Positions 17,203 to 27,101 of a stretch of DNA of 64,000 nt are shown here, in pieces. Origin of the DNA: a virus (Duplodnaviria; Caudoviricetes). The notes under the pieces were generated by a model. That model was not told the origin of the DNA. It searched no databases and saw only the letters and a program-made list of their open reading frames with translations. The position numbers and the translations under genes were made by a program. How positions within the stretch are numbered: the stretch's first letter is position 1; every line of letters starts with the position of its first letter. Location of the stretch: the IMG/VR virus record IMGVR_UViG_3300028903_000001, positions 32,001-96,000 of that record; one strand, 5' to 3'.

Positions 17203-20094
17203 TCATGTCACACTCACCTCTGCGGCGTAGAGTTCCGTGTCGCCGCCGTAGGGGCCGGAGAACCAAGCCACAAGATTACCTGCTCGAGACGGATACCCAA
17301 TGTTCCGACTATTGACACTCCACTGCGGCGTAACGAGAGCCCCAACGTCTTGCGGCGTCTCGATCATCACCCGTGGGTCGCAGGTAATGCTACACAAGTC
17401 ACCGTAGTAAGAGATCGGATTCAATGAATAGCGTCGGAAGAACCACCAGGTAACGGTACCATCACTGTGCAACTCAACCCACGGGGAAACATGAGCCCAA
17501 GCGACAATCGTCGAAGGTGACGGGTCGTATTGAGGCAGATCGAGACGCCTCACGTCCCACGTCATACCCCCATCTTCACTGTAGCAGCGGAGCATCTGAT
17601 CGCCGTCGGGGTAGGCACGCTCGATGCCGACCAACTTGTTGTTGCCAAGATGGACGTAGGCTCCCTCGCCAGCGTTGGTCGAATACACCTCGTCACGTAT
17701 GATGCGATCATTACGAGCGTCAGTCGTCAGGTCCCACGCAACGATGGTGGCAGCCCAACTAGGTGCCCCAGCGACCAGGGATGGCATCACGCGCACACCA
17801 AACATGCCATCCCACTCAATTATTGGACCTTGCGGGACAACACCGTTTTCGATCTGCTCCGCAGCCGACCAGGTCGCGCCTTCATCATATGACACGTATC
17901 GCCAGGCGGTAAACTCCGTCGTTGCCACGATATAGTGCGACATGCACAGAACCCATCGACCGTCACTCACCCGGCCACCGGCAAGGTTGCGCAAGTCATA
18001 CCCGGCAAGTTCCCAGACAAGCGTGGCGGCGCTCCACGTCGCTCCGTCGTCACTGCTCGTGCGCATCTTGATCACGCCGTCATCGTCTGCGTGAGTCGTA
18101 CCTTCCCGATAGTAGTAGACGTAAGTGCCGTCCGTCTTTTGGAACAGCACACCAAACGCGTCATACGTAAGAGTGTCCTCCATCACAACGGGGACGCCAA
18201 GAGACACCGTAGGAGGAGTCAGGAGTGCAGGCATGGGCCATTGGATACCGACGTCGCTGGCCAGTCTGCGGCCAATCGCTGCGAGCTGTGCATCCGTCAC
18301 GCGTTCGCACAACGTCCCAAATTCGTGGACGATGTGCTTAGCCGGATACGTCGCCACGCCGGGGAGTGCGCCGTAGGTGACCACCGCACTGGCATCCGTC
18401 GCGACCTCTCCGGTTACGAGGGCGTCGATGATTTTTACACCGTCGAGCCATACCTCGTAGTTGGTCGCAGACGACCATCGACCCGCAAGTACGAAACGCC
18501 TACCCTTGGGGAGCACAGCTACAGAGGTCGTCTCAAGCGCATAGGAACCAGTGCCGTTTGCCACGCGAAGTGTCACCGTGTCGTCTATCTCACGAATCGT
18601 TTGAATGCCAACACCGGAGGCATCCACGCAGTTAGCAAAGAGTGGTTCTGGGCTAGCGGGAAGCTCCATCGTTTTGCCACACCACCACCATGTCGATCCG
18701 CTACCATCGTGCAGATGGTTGTGTGATGCCGCTGTGGTAGATACAGCCGCCTTATCTCCATCGAATCGCAAGCCTGTGTTGCCTCCCCACTGGTCCCGAA
18801 AAGGTCGAGTCACGTCGGTGGCTTCGGCGACAACAAGCGCCGCGAAGCCCGCACCTCGCGTGCCGGGTGTCGTTGTCGAACATGTCAATCCGGTACAGGT
18901 AAAGCTGTCGATTACGATGCCTGAAGACGTGGTGAAGGCGTAGAATCCAGTTCGCGTCCCACCGGCTGTCGTGTCGACAGAGAATGTGCCGTTGTACACA
19001 ATCGGCTGTCCCTGTGTTAGCGTATATGGATACACAAGCCCGATTCCCGCCGACCGCACAGCGGTGAACCTGTACCGCCTAAACTGTGTCGTAGTAACGG
19101 TCTTGTAGATGGCCCCGTTGGTCCCAGGCGTGAACCGTGCAGCACTCCCGCTAACTGTCCAGCCAACACCTTTCGACCAATACGGATCCGAGTCGAAACC
19201 TAGGTCTGTGACCGTGGATCCAGGGAGCAGAGTCATCGTGTCTGATCGCCAGTCGGCCGCCCACCCGTCGTACGCCGCGACAAGCGCAGCGATCGATGTC
19301 ACGGTGACTGCCACCGTAGCAGACTGCGTGGTACCGCCAGGCCCCGTCGCGTCGGCCCGGAACGTCAGCGTGCCGATGTCCCCGGCGACGATGGGGTAGT
19401 CGACGTATCCAGAGCCAGAGGATACCGACGTATCCGATCCGAGCGAGGCAAACGCGCCACCATTTACCGAACCAAATACCTCAACCTCGGTTGCGTCTGC
19501 ACATGTAAACTCGATTCGCAGCACAGCCCCGACAAGGTGCGTAGTTGCAGCTACTGGAGCGGTCAGAGTCACGGTAGGCGCGAGGATGAATGGAGGAACT
19601 ACCGCATCGCTACCGAGTAGACCAGGAACCGAAAATACGTCGGACAAGGTGTAGGCGTAAAGCTCCTCGACGCTGCCTGCCCAAGCATTTCCACCACTGC
19701 TTCGTCCGCCCACGACGATCCGGTCGAAGCTCGACGTTGCAGTCGAAGCGACCTGCCCCACGACGACCGCATCGACCACGCAGATCACGTTGCCGTCGCT
19801 TTCGAAGACCCAGCCAAAGCTATGTTCGCCATCGGCAATAGCACCTCCGAGGACCACTTCTGCGGTCCCTTCGACATATGGCTCAGACAGAGCGGTTATG
19901 CCCACCTCAAGCCTAATCCCCGCTGCCGTGCCCAGGCTCAGAAGCGCCTGCTTTGCCCCACCCACTACCGTCGCCTTGGCCGCGATGGTGAACGCACTCT
20001 GCGCCCCTACGCTGTATGCCTCGGAGTAGAGCGTGTCGGGGATCGCTGCCGGGTCCCAGCGAAGGATGCAGCTATTTGCTCTTGGGTTGGTCAT
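17203..20094 (-). CDS. Multidomain spike protein: LamG-like, Ig-like, LamG-like and C-terminal sialidase-like (Asp-box) propeller
   Basis: 963 aa; Asp-boxes SSDDGATW, SYDEGATW, SEDGGMTW; YYREGTTH and GYP motifs of BNR/sialidase-like proteins; PTVTLTAP Ig-like linker. Confidence 0.75.
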   Translation of the reverse strand: MTNPRANSCILRWDPAAIPDTLYSEAYSVGAQSAFTIAAKATVVGGAKQALLSLGTAAGIRLEVGITALSEPYVEGTAEVVLGGAIADGEHSFGWVFESDGNVICVVDAVVVGQVASTATSSFDRIVVGGRSSGGNAWAGSVEELYAYTLSDVFSVPGLLGSDAVVPPFILAPTVTLTAPVAATTHLVGAVLRIEFTCADATEVEVFGSVNGGAFASLGSDTSVSSGSGYVDYPIVAGDIGTLTFRADATGPGGTTQSATVAVTVTSIAALVAAYDGWAADWRSDTMTLLPGSTVTDLGFDSDPYWSKGVGWTVSGSAARFTPGTNGAIYKTVTTTQFRRYRFTAVRSAGIGLVYPYTLTQGQPIVYNGTFSVDTTAGGTRTGFYAFTTSSGIVIDSFTCTGLTCSTTTPGTRGAGFAALVVAEATDVTRPFRDQWGGNTGLRFDGDKAAVSTTAASHNHLHDGSGSTWWWCGKTMELPASPEPLFANCVDASGVGIQTIREIDDTVTLRVANGTGSYALETTSVAVLPKGRRFVLAGRWSSATNYEVWLDGVKIIDALVTGEVATDASAVVTYGALPGVATYPAKHIVHEFGTLCERVTDAQLAAIGRRLASDVGIQWPMPALLTPPTVSLGVPVVMEDTLTYDAFGVLFQKTDGTYVYYYREGTTHADDDGVIKMRTSSDDGATWSAATLVWELAGYDLRNLAGGRVSDGRWVLCMSHYIVATTEFTAWRYVSYDEGATWSAAEQIENGVVPQGPIIEWDGMFGVRVMPSLVAGAPSWAATIVAWDLTTDARNDRIIRDEVYSTNAGEGAYVHLGNNKLVGIERAYPDGDQMLRCYSEDGGMTWDVRRLDLPQYDPSPSTIVAWAHVSPWVELHSDGTVTWWFFRRYSLNPISYYGDLCSITCDPRVMIETPQDVGALVTPQWSVNSRNIGYPSRAGNLVAWFSGPYGGDTELYAAEVSVT

Positions 20095-21035
20095 GGAGAT
20101 ACCGTAACTTCTATGGTTTGCGTGTGATATGCCTCTGCGGTCACACCAGCAAATTCGTAGTATGCCGTGACATAGATCTCATTCACACCGAAGACAGCAT
20201 TTACACCCTCAACGGCCTGACTGAACGTGCCATCTGGGCCATCTCCTGGTATTACGTTCATTGGGACATTCGAGCCGTTATATGTACCCGCCACCGATGT
20301 TACGTAGTCGGTATTTAGAACCGTGCCAGATATGGCAAGAGGGGTCCCTTCCTCTATCGCCTGAAGATACGACGGGCTCGTTATCTCAACTCCCATGGAA
20401 GCAAAGGTTCCAGACACGCTGTCGCTGGAGAATTCATTTGCCACAATTACAACTCTACCAATTACATACCCACTACCAGCGGCTGGGTGCGTCATGGTGC
20501 CAGAGAAGTATTGATACCCGCCGGATGAAGAGTCGTAGGCAAGAACTACACTGTCTACGTATGAGCCTTCAAGGTAGATGTCTAAATAACAGTTGCTTAC
20601 TGTGAACGTGTCTTCAAGATAGACCTCAACGGCAGACGAACCGTTTTCAGGTAAGATAAATGCAGCAGAAGGTGCGCTAACAACCACTGTTGGAGGTACT
20701 CGCAGGTCCACATTCATTTCGAAAGAGTAATAGTCAGTGGTACCATCGTTGGCCGCGAACCTGAGAACGTAAATACCTTCCGCATATAATGAAAGATCGA
20801 AGTTCTCGCTCCAGAGACCGCCACCGAAATCCGAAAGCGTTACCAGTGTCGCCCAACTTGATCCACCGTCTGTAGATATCTCCAATACACATGAGATTGC
20901 TACACCTCCATCTACCTGTACATCCGCAGACTGAAGTGCCGGATACCATGCGACGTAATCCGCAGATGGTGAAATTGGGGTAAGAACGAGGCCCGATGCC
21001 ACTCCGACTACGCAGGCATTGATGATGCACGCCAT
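20091..21035 (-). CDS. Acidic Ig-like repeat virion protein
   Basis: 314 aa, three beta-sandwich-like units (PPTVVVSAPS, VEITSPS...ISGTV, GVNEIYVTA); lower GC. Confidence 0.6.
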   Translation of the reverse strand: MACIINACVVGVASGLVLTPISPSADYVAWYPALQSADVQVDGGVAISCVLEISTDGGSSWATLVTLSDFGGGLWSENFDLSLYAEGIYVLRFAANDGTTDYYSFEMNVDLRVPPTVVVSAPSAAFILPENGSSAVEVYLEDTFTVSNCYLDIYLEGSYVDSVVLAYDSSSGGYQYFSGTMTHPAAGSGYVIGRVVIVANEFSSDSVSGTFASMGVEITSPSYLQAIEEGTPLAISGTVLNTDYVTSVAGTYNGSNVPMNVIPGDGPDGTFSQAVEGVNAVFGVNEIYVTAYYEFAGVTAEAYHTQTIEVTVSP

Positions 21036-21038
21036 GCT

Positions 21039-24000
21039 CTACTCCAGCACGCAGACGAGAGTTGCCGTGAGGTCGTCTACGCTGCCTCCAGCAATTGCCA
21101 CGGTCCGAATATCCACGATGTCGTGCCTCGCTATTCGGTTGATCGCCTGAGTCGTTCCCACTTCCTTGTCTGAGAGATAGATTGTGTCAGCCACAGTCAC
21201 GGAGGTGAGCGAAGAAAACAAGTCACCCGTAGGCTCTACCTCGTTTCGAATCGTAGCTTTCCACGTCGCGTCAACGCCTCCCCCAGTTATCGTGTCCGCG
21301 ATGAAGAGTTGCTGCACGACACGAGAGGGGCCAGCAGATAGTGGAATGTACTGGTTGTTGGTGTCGTGGACGATGGAGGTGCCAGTACCAATGTTGCCTC
21401 CCACGAATGTGGACACCTGAATCACCCTGGAGGCGTCACCATACCAGAGGAAAGAAGCGGTCGCGTCAATGTCGCAGCCCGCCCAGATAATCTCGCTGCC
21501 GGAAAGCCCAGTGATGACGCCCCAACGGAAAAACTCCCATGCGCTGTCGATGTCTGCTCCAACCAACGCGTCTATCGTAATCGTACCTCCGAGACCAGAC
21601 CCATTGGCCTCCGTGACGTTGTAGGTGCCCGCTACCGTGTACACCTCGCTCTGTCCCACGAGGTTCTCAAGGTTCCCAGCCGAATCCCTGTCGGCGTAAA
21701 TGTCCACGCGATAGTCACCGCCCCCGATGACCACGTCTCGGAAGTACAGACGCCCACTCGCCTCGACGATGATGTCCTGAAGCCCGGTTAGGCTCATCGC
21801 GGTGATTCGTGTCGCGCCATCCGCCCAGACGTAAATGCCATCTGGCATGAAGAAGCGGATGGGCATTCCCACCTCGAAGTAGACCCGTGGGTCCGTCTCC
21901 GTGTCGATATTGCCGGTCCCCGCGTTGTAGCTCCAGGCAAGCGGAGCCGGGATCCAACCCTTACTCACCTTCGTACCCGTCGTGGTGCCCCTTATCGAAA
22001 GGCTAGCGTTGCCGGTCACCGTAGGCATCTCTGGAACTTGGGAGTTGATGACCTCGGACGTAACTGTCCCGACTGATGCATTCAACTCAAGCGAGTCAAC
22101 GCGGACACCATCGGCATTGAGGTCCACCGTACTGTCGGCGTAGTCGGAGTTGATCTCGATGGCGCTTACGTCAGAATTCTTCAAGTCCGCGTTGATTGCA
22201 ACGTTGTCACTTCCGGTGATCGTGACATTAGGATCCATCGTGACGCCCGCCAACTCCGCGTTGATGGGCACAGTCGATGTATCCGTGTCCGCGCCGATGT
22301 TGATTTGGCTATCGTCCATCCGGCCAGACAGGTATACGTTCAACTCCTCCACAACCGCAGCGTCGGGGCGGAAGTTGAGAGTCGATTCTGTGATTTCGCA
22401 GGAGGCATCGGTCGTAAAATCGAGCGCCGGGGTGTCAGCAGTTATGGTTGTGCCGGTGATCTTCGCGGAGTAAAGCGCGAATAGCATCCGGGTGAAGCCG
22501 GTTGGGAGCGTCCCGGTCGCAATCGCGATGATCTGGTCCCAGAAATCGGAGGTGCCTCGCTTGAAGACGTTGCGAAGTCGAACTTCTCCACAATCACTGA
22601 AAACTATGGTACCCCCCGTGGCCATGAAGCTAACATTTTGAAGCCTCACATACCCGCACTTTACGAAGTTCCAGCCAGCAGCGGCAACACCATCACTGAT
22701 GTCGTCAACGTTTTCTATCGTCAATCCATCTGGCGTTGTGTTGAAATACCCGTCGGCAGTGCCTCCCCCCTCGAACGCAACATATGTCGCTGCTCCCTGG
22801 TCATACGTGAGTTCCGCGAGCCGAAAGCGATTTATCGCGGTAGCGCTTATCCTGCCGAGGTATCCACCACTGAACGTGAGCGTCGTCACGCCCCTGCCAG
22901 AGCCCACGATCGAGATGTCGGTGAGCGTGTCTGGGATGACCAGGCCAGTTTCGGTGAACGTTCCGGGACCCAGCTTTACCACGTCCCCGTCCGATGCGTC
23001 GGTGAGTGCCGCCGCAACCGTCGCGTACGGCTTCGTCAGTAGCCCCCTCACAGCCGTTGCGTCGTCGCCTGCCGTGGAGACGTACAGGAACGCGGCCTCG
23101 CCAATCGCAAGGTCGTCCAGCGTATCCATGCACTTCTGGAGCGTATCGTCGAGCGCACTCAGGTTCCCGTCAAACGCTGTGGTATCAGCAGAGATTGCCG
23201 AGGCGGGATGCGAGTCGGGCTCGCTGCGACCGGCAAGGCTGTTGTGGTCCGTCGCGACGAAGCCGGTGCCGGGAATAGGAGCCGTGTTACGAAGGTCGGC
23301 GTACTCGTAGATGTACGCATTTACACTGTTCGCATAGCCGGTGCTGCAACGGTAGATCAGCTTCCAGATCGGCTTCAACTCATTGGCAAAGAAAGTTCCG
23401 AGGTTCAGATCTGAAAAACTCGCGTCCTGCGCATCCACTGCGCTGGCGTAGTCACCCTGCCCCATTATGGCGAAAACTGGCTCCACGAGATAGCCTGCTC
23501 CACCAGGGTCGGCCTGCCCCACATTGTTCGTGGCACAGATCCACATCACAGCATAATCGCCATTCGTGCTGATGTCGGAAAGGATCCAGTTGCCGCCGCT
23601 GAACGTATTGAATTGCGGAAGACGCAGGTTCGTTACCGCGTATATAGGAAAGTTCGTCACTGCGAGCTTCGCCCACGTCCCAGTCGCCCCGGTTCGGTAG
23701 AAGATGGGGAAGCGACCAGGGGTAGCGCCTGAGCCAAGCTCCTGCTCGAACATGCCGGAAGGTGCCGCGCTCCGAGTGATGGGCACCTCGATGTCCTCGT
23801 CCCAGATCGTGCCGCCACTGATCGTGATTTGCGCGTCGCCATCCGCACCACCAGAACCTGTTGCGACCCTGGCAAGACTGAGTCCGGTCTCGAACCGAGT
23901 GCCGATGGTGTAGTGCAGATACTGGTGCGTGGCCCATGGCATGTTGATGCCGTGACGCTCGTCCAAGACCGCAATCGCGTTGTTTGCCGCGTTGAGGTAG

Positions 24001-24437
24001 ACGAGTGCGACGAGCGTCGTCTTGAATCCGTAGGGCAGCGCGGCCCCATTCGAAAGCACGCCACCGTTGTACCAGAACCACCAGAGCCCAGGCGCGGGCA
24101 CGGCGATTGTGGACGACTGGTCCGTGACGAAGGTGTGTTTCTGCACACTGCCGCCACCCACCTCGAAGACCTCGAAGCTCGTGGCAGGCGCTTTGATCGC
24201 CATGGTCAGCGTCTTGGTTGCGTCGTCCCAGGTCAGGATCGTGTCGTCCCGGTCCACGACTCCCCTGGGATACGCGGCTTCGATAGGCGTACCAACCTCG
24301 ACGCCATCGATGGTCTCAAGCGCTCTCTGCACATCGGTGTCGCTGGGGCCGAGGATGGAGACGAACGCCGACGTGTCAACGACCGTGTTGACTGCCTCAA
24401 CGAAGCCTGAGCAGCAGCGGAGCATGGACGAACGCAT
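21039..24437 (-). CDS. Large fibre/spike protein with pectin-lyase-like beta-helix (depolymerase candidate)
   Basis: Probable start MRSSMLRCC (TGATG coupling); LYVSTAGDDA...KPYATVAAAL...GDVVKLGPGTF is a beta-helix cap; fibre motif DT.AF...L...D...Q....T.D occurs twice. Confidence 0.7.
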   Translation of the reverse strand: MRSSMLRCCSGFVEAVNTVVDTSAFVSILGPSDTDVQRALETIDGVEVGTPIEAAYPRGVVDRDDTILTWDDATKTLTMAIKAPATSFEVFEVGGGSVQKHTFVTDQSSTIAVPAPGLWWFWYNGGVLSNGAALPYGFKTTLVALVYLNAANNAIAVLDERHGINMPWATHQYLHYTIGTRFETGLSLARVATGSGGADGDAQITISGGTIWDEDIEVPITRSAAPSGMFEQELGSGATPGRFPIFYRTGATGTWAKLAVTNFPIYAVTNLRLPQFNTFSGGNWILSDISTNGDYAVMWICATNNVGQADPGGAGYLVEPVFAIMGQGDYASAVDAQDASFSDLNLGTFFANELKPIWKLIYRCSTGYANSVNAYIYEYADLRNTAPIPGTGFVATDHNSLAGRSEPDSHPASAISADTTAFDGNLSALDDTLQKCMDTLDDLAIGEAAFLYVSTAGDDATAVRGLLTKPYATVAAALTDASDGDVVKLGPGTFTETGLVIPDTLTDISIVGSGRGVTTLTFSGGYLGRISATAINRFRLAELTYDQGAATYVAFEGGGTADGYFNTTPDGLTIENVDDISDGVAAAGWNFVKCGYVRLQNVSFMATGGTIVFSDCGEVRLRNVFKRGTSDFWDQIIAIATGTLPTGFTRMLFALYSAKITGTTITADTPALDFTTDASCEITESTLNFRPDAAVVEELNVYLSGRMDDSQINIGADTDTSTVPINAELAGVTMDPNVTITGSDNVAINADLKNSDVSAIEINSDYADSTVDLNADGVRVDSLELNASVGTVTSEVINSQVPEMPTVTGNASLSIRGTTTGTKVSKGWIPAPLAWSYNAGTGNIDTETDPRVYFEVGMPIRFFMPDGIYVWADGATRITAMSLTGLQDIIVEASGRLYFRDVVIGGGDYRVDIYADRDSAGNLENLVGQSEVYTVAGTYNVTEANGSGLGGTITIDALVGADIDSAWEFFRWGVITGLSGSEIIWAGCDIDATASFLWYGDASRVIQVSTFVGGNIGTGTSIVHDTNNQYIPLSAGPSRVVQQLFIADTITGGGVDATWKATIRNEVEPTGDLFSSLTSVTVADTIYLSDKEVGTTQAINRIARHDIVDIRTVAIAGGSVDDLTATLVCVLE

Positions 24438-25855
24438 CAGATCGCACCCTTCTTGCCCTGCGCGGTCCACGTCGCAGGATTGTCGCTGTCAAATGTGATA
24501 CAGTAACTGTCGTACAGAAGCGGCGTATCCACGGCAAGAACCATGTCTGCCGCCGAGGTCAGGCTGATGACCCCACCGTAGAGGTCAGCAGTGATCTCGC
24601 TGTAATTACGCAGTGAGAGGTTCGGCTGCGTCGTCTCGTTGCTCGCATAGATCTTTACGCTGATCGTGGCACCAGCCGTCGCTGTGGCGAGGATGATGGT
24701 CCAGTACGGGAACGTGTCGCCACTGAAGTAGTGCGCGACTAGCGCGTCGGTCGCCACGGCTTGCGAGAAGTCGAAGGGCTCCGTGTTGTCGAAGCTCTGC
24801 ACGACCGGCACGACCTTGTCCGCGTCGGTCACCGAGTCGTAGCTGCGGCTCTGCACGATGAGCATGCGAAGCGCGTTCAGCAGCGCGTATCCCGCATCAC
24901 CATCGGTAAGGGGGACAGCTTCATAATCGTCGATGTACTTGCCACCGATCAGGACTGGGTTTGCCGTCGCCGGATCAGCGTCAGCGTCGATGCCCTGGAT
25001 CGATGGCGAAGAGCTTGGGTCGGTGACGATGAGTCGACCTTCAGAATCGAGGCGAAGGTGGCGATAGACGCCAGGGGCGAGCGGTCCCGGATCGGCAGCC
25101 TCCACAATCGCTCGAGGCTCCGTAACCAGCATCCGCAGCAGGTTCAAAAGCGCGGTACCAATATCGCCATCGTCGAGCGGAGACAGCGTTGGGTCGGCGA
25201 TGAATCTGCCACCGACCGGGACCGGGTTACGGGTTAGCGCGTCTCCATCTACATCGCTTCCCTGCGCGCTTACAATGACACGGCCCTGGTTGTCGAGCCT
25301 GAGTCTGTAGAGCAGTCCATCGGCGTATGGGCCGGGATCCGCGTCCCTCGTGATTGCGATGTCGAGCGGAAGCGTGAGAGGGGCCGCGCCCTCAAGCGTG
25401 GTCCCCTCGATAGAGACGGGCTCTTCAATCGCACCTCCCCCGCCACCCGCGCCAGCCGTGGCAGACGAGGCGGCAAACTCATAGTCACCAGCCGGTGGCT
25501 GGTCCTCGAGCGAGACCACGATTGCCACGTCCATGCGAGACGAGGCCCTGGAGTCCTTACGGTCTATGATGTTGGGAAGCGGAATGAAATGAACCTCACC
25601 GGCAGGAAGCGTGTGTGCATCGGCGAACAGGTACCACTCCTCGGTCTGCTCGTCCCAGAGATAGAGACTGACAGAGGCATCCGGTGCCAGAGCGGGACCG
25701 TTGTAGGCTAGCGCAATCGACTCGAGCGGCTCGGTGTGCGGGCCATACTGCGGCGCGTGAAACACGTTGTCGAGCAGGAGATAGGCCGCATCGGTCGGGA
25801 CCGCGTCTGTGCCGATGGTAGCATCGGTTCGAGTAAAGACGTGTTCGAGTTTCAT
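24437..25855 (-). CDS. Virion protein with internal ~75-aa tandem duplication
   Basis: ADPGP...LRLD..GR.IV...NPV..GG..I.D....PL.DGD.G.ALLN.LRML occurs twice. Confidence 0.7.
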   Translation of the reverse strand: MKLEHVFTRTDATIGTDAVPTDAAYLLLDNVFHAPQYGPHTEPLESIALAYNGPALAPDASVSLYLWDEQTEEWYLFADAHTLPAGEVHFIPLPNIIDRKDSRASSRMDVAIVVSLEDQPPAGDYEFAASSATAGAGGGGGAIEEPVSIEGTTLEGAAPLTLPLDIAITRDADPGPYADGLLYRLRLDNQGRVIVSAQGSDVDGDALTRNPVPVGGRFIADPTLSPLDDGDIGTALLNLLRMLVTEPRAIVEAADPGPLAPGVYRHLRLDSEGRLIVTDPSSSPSIQGIDADADPATANPVLIGGKYIDDYEAVPLTDGDAGYALLNALRMLIVQSRSYDSVTDADKVVPVVQSFDNTEPFDFSQAVATDALVAHYFSGDTFPYWTIILATATAGATISVKIYASNETTQPNLSLRNYSEITADLYGGVISLTSAADMVLAVDTPLLYDSYCITFDSDNPATWTAQGKKGAI

Positions 25856-25858
25856 CGA

Positions 25859-26284
25859 TTACTTGCTTCCTTTGACGACGAGTCCAACCATCACTGCGGC
25901 CATGGCAGCCATGACGAGTGGAGGTATCCAAGGCATCGAGCCACCGCTCACCTCTACCTCATGCCTCGGAACCGGAGCGGTGCCGGAAATGGGTCGGATC
26001 CAGAACAGTTTCGTTCGATTATCAAGCACCAGCGGCTGACCATCTTTGCCTGTCCATGTCGCTTCGGCCCAGAACTGAGAGACGAAGTCAGCCTTGGTCT
26101 CTTTCCGATCGTCATCGGGCCATTCCTTGGGAAGCGTTTCCCAATCATCCCAGACCCGGACGTCAGCGAACCCAACCGACTCGAGCCCCTTCTTGACCTG
26201 GGACGAGCCAGCGAATGCCGAGGCTTCACCAGTAACGACAAGTGAGCCGCGATACCTTGTCCCAGTGCTTAGCACAAATGCCAT
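25859..26284 (-). CDS. Membrane protein, C-terminal anchor
   Basis: 141 aa, ends WIPPLVMAAMAAVMVGLVVKGSK. Confidence 0.7.
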   Translation of the reverse strand: MAFVLSTGTRYRGSLVVTGEASAFAGSSQVKKGLESVGFADVRVWDDWETLPKEWPDDDRKETKADFVSQFWAEATWTGKDGQPLVLDNRTKLFWIRPISGTAPVPRHEVEVSGGSMPWIPPLVMAAMAAVMVGLVVKGSK

Positions 26285-26291
26285 ATTTGCC

Positions 26292-27101
26292 TCAGAGGAT
26301 GACGCAGCCGCTGCCGCCGACTTCCTTACCGGCCCAACGCGGAATTAGGATGTTATCGATGACTCGCGGCGCAATGACCTTGGACTGATAGATATGGTCG
26401 GTGCATGTCTTTTCCATATTGCGGTAGCCAAGAAGCCAAAGCCCACCCACCTTGTACTGGAACTTGCCAGGAATCTTGGTGTAGGTATACTTGCCTATCA
26501 GTTTCTTTACACCATTTACCTCCTGATAGCACAGTGTCGGTATGGGCGCATGATCCGCGTCTACCAGCGCACTGATTGTCACTGGATCCATGTAGACCGG
26601 AGACTGCATGACATGGTCGAGAATCTCGAGTGAGGCTTGTTCCGTGGAGATGGAAGCCTGGGGCGGCTTAGGCGTCTCACTGCTAGTCACGACGAGGCAA
26701 TGCTCGGTGGGTGCGATGTTTGGATTGCCAGAGCTACCGAAGGCGGCGAGCCTCGCATACCGCTTCCAGGCAGGCCACATCAGATGGATGCCGTCGCAGG
26801 CCAAGACGAAGTCTGGCGCGCCACCGTCAGGGCTCGAGAGAAGAACCGCAACGCCGATACAAGTCTCGGAAAAGCCGAGAATGGCAACCCTGTTTCCAGG
26901 CTTATCTAAGCCATGATTCTTTAGCGCCTGCTTGATGGGACGCTCGCCATAGGCAGATTTGATAGCATTGCTGTAGGCGTCAAAGTTTCTACCATTGCCC
27001 TTTGGCATGGTAATCTCTGCCGTGTCGGATCTAAAGCTAGCCCGCCAGTTCTTCCCGAACCAGGAGTGAAGCTCGCCGAAGTGAAGGATGATGTCTGTCA
27101 T
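26292..27101 (-). CDS. Putative alpha/beta-hydrolase-fold protein
   Basis: VAILGFSETC nucleophile-elbow-like motif, LACDGIH, late DH..Q His. Confidence 0.5.
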   Translation of the reverse strand: MTDIILHFGELHSWFGKNWRASFRSDTAEITMPKGNGRNFDAYSNAIKSAYGERPIKQALKNHGLDKPGNRVAILGFSETCIGVAVLLSSPDGGAPDFVLACDGIHLMWPAWKRYARLAAFGSSGNPNIAPTEHCLVVTSSETPKPPQASISTEQASLEILDHVMQSPVYMDPVTISALVDADHAPIPTLCYQEVNGVKKLIGKYTYTKIPGKFQYKVGGLWLLGYRNMEKTCTDHIYQSKVIAPRVIDNILIPRWAGKEVGGSGCVIL

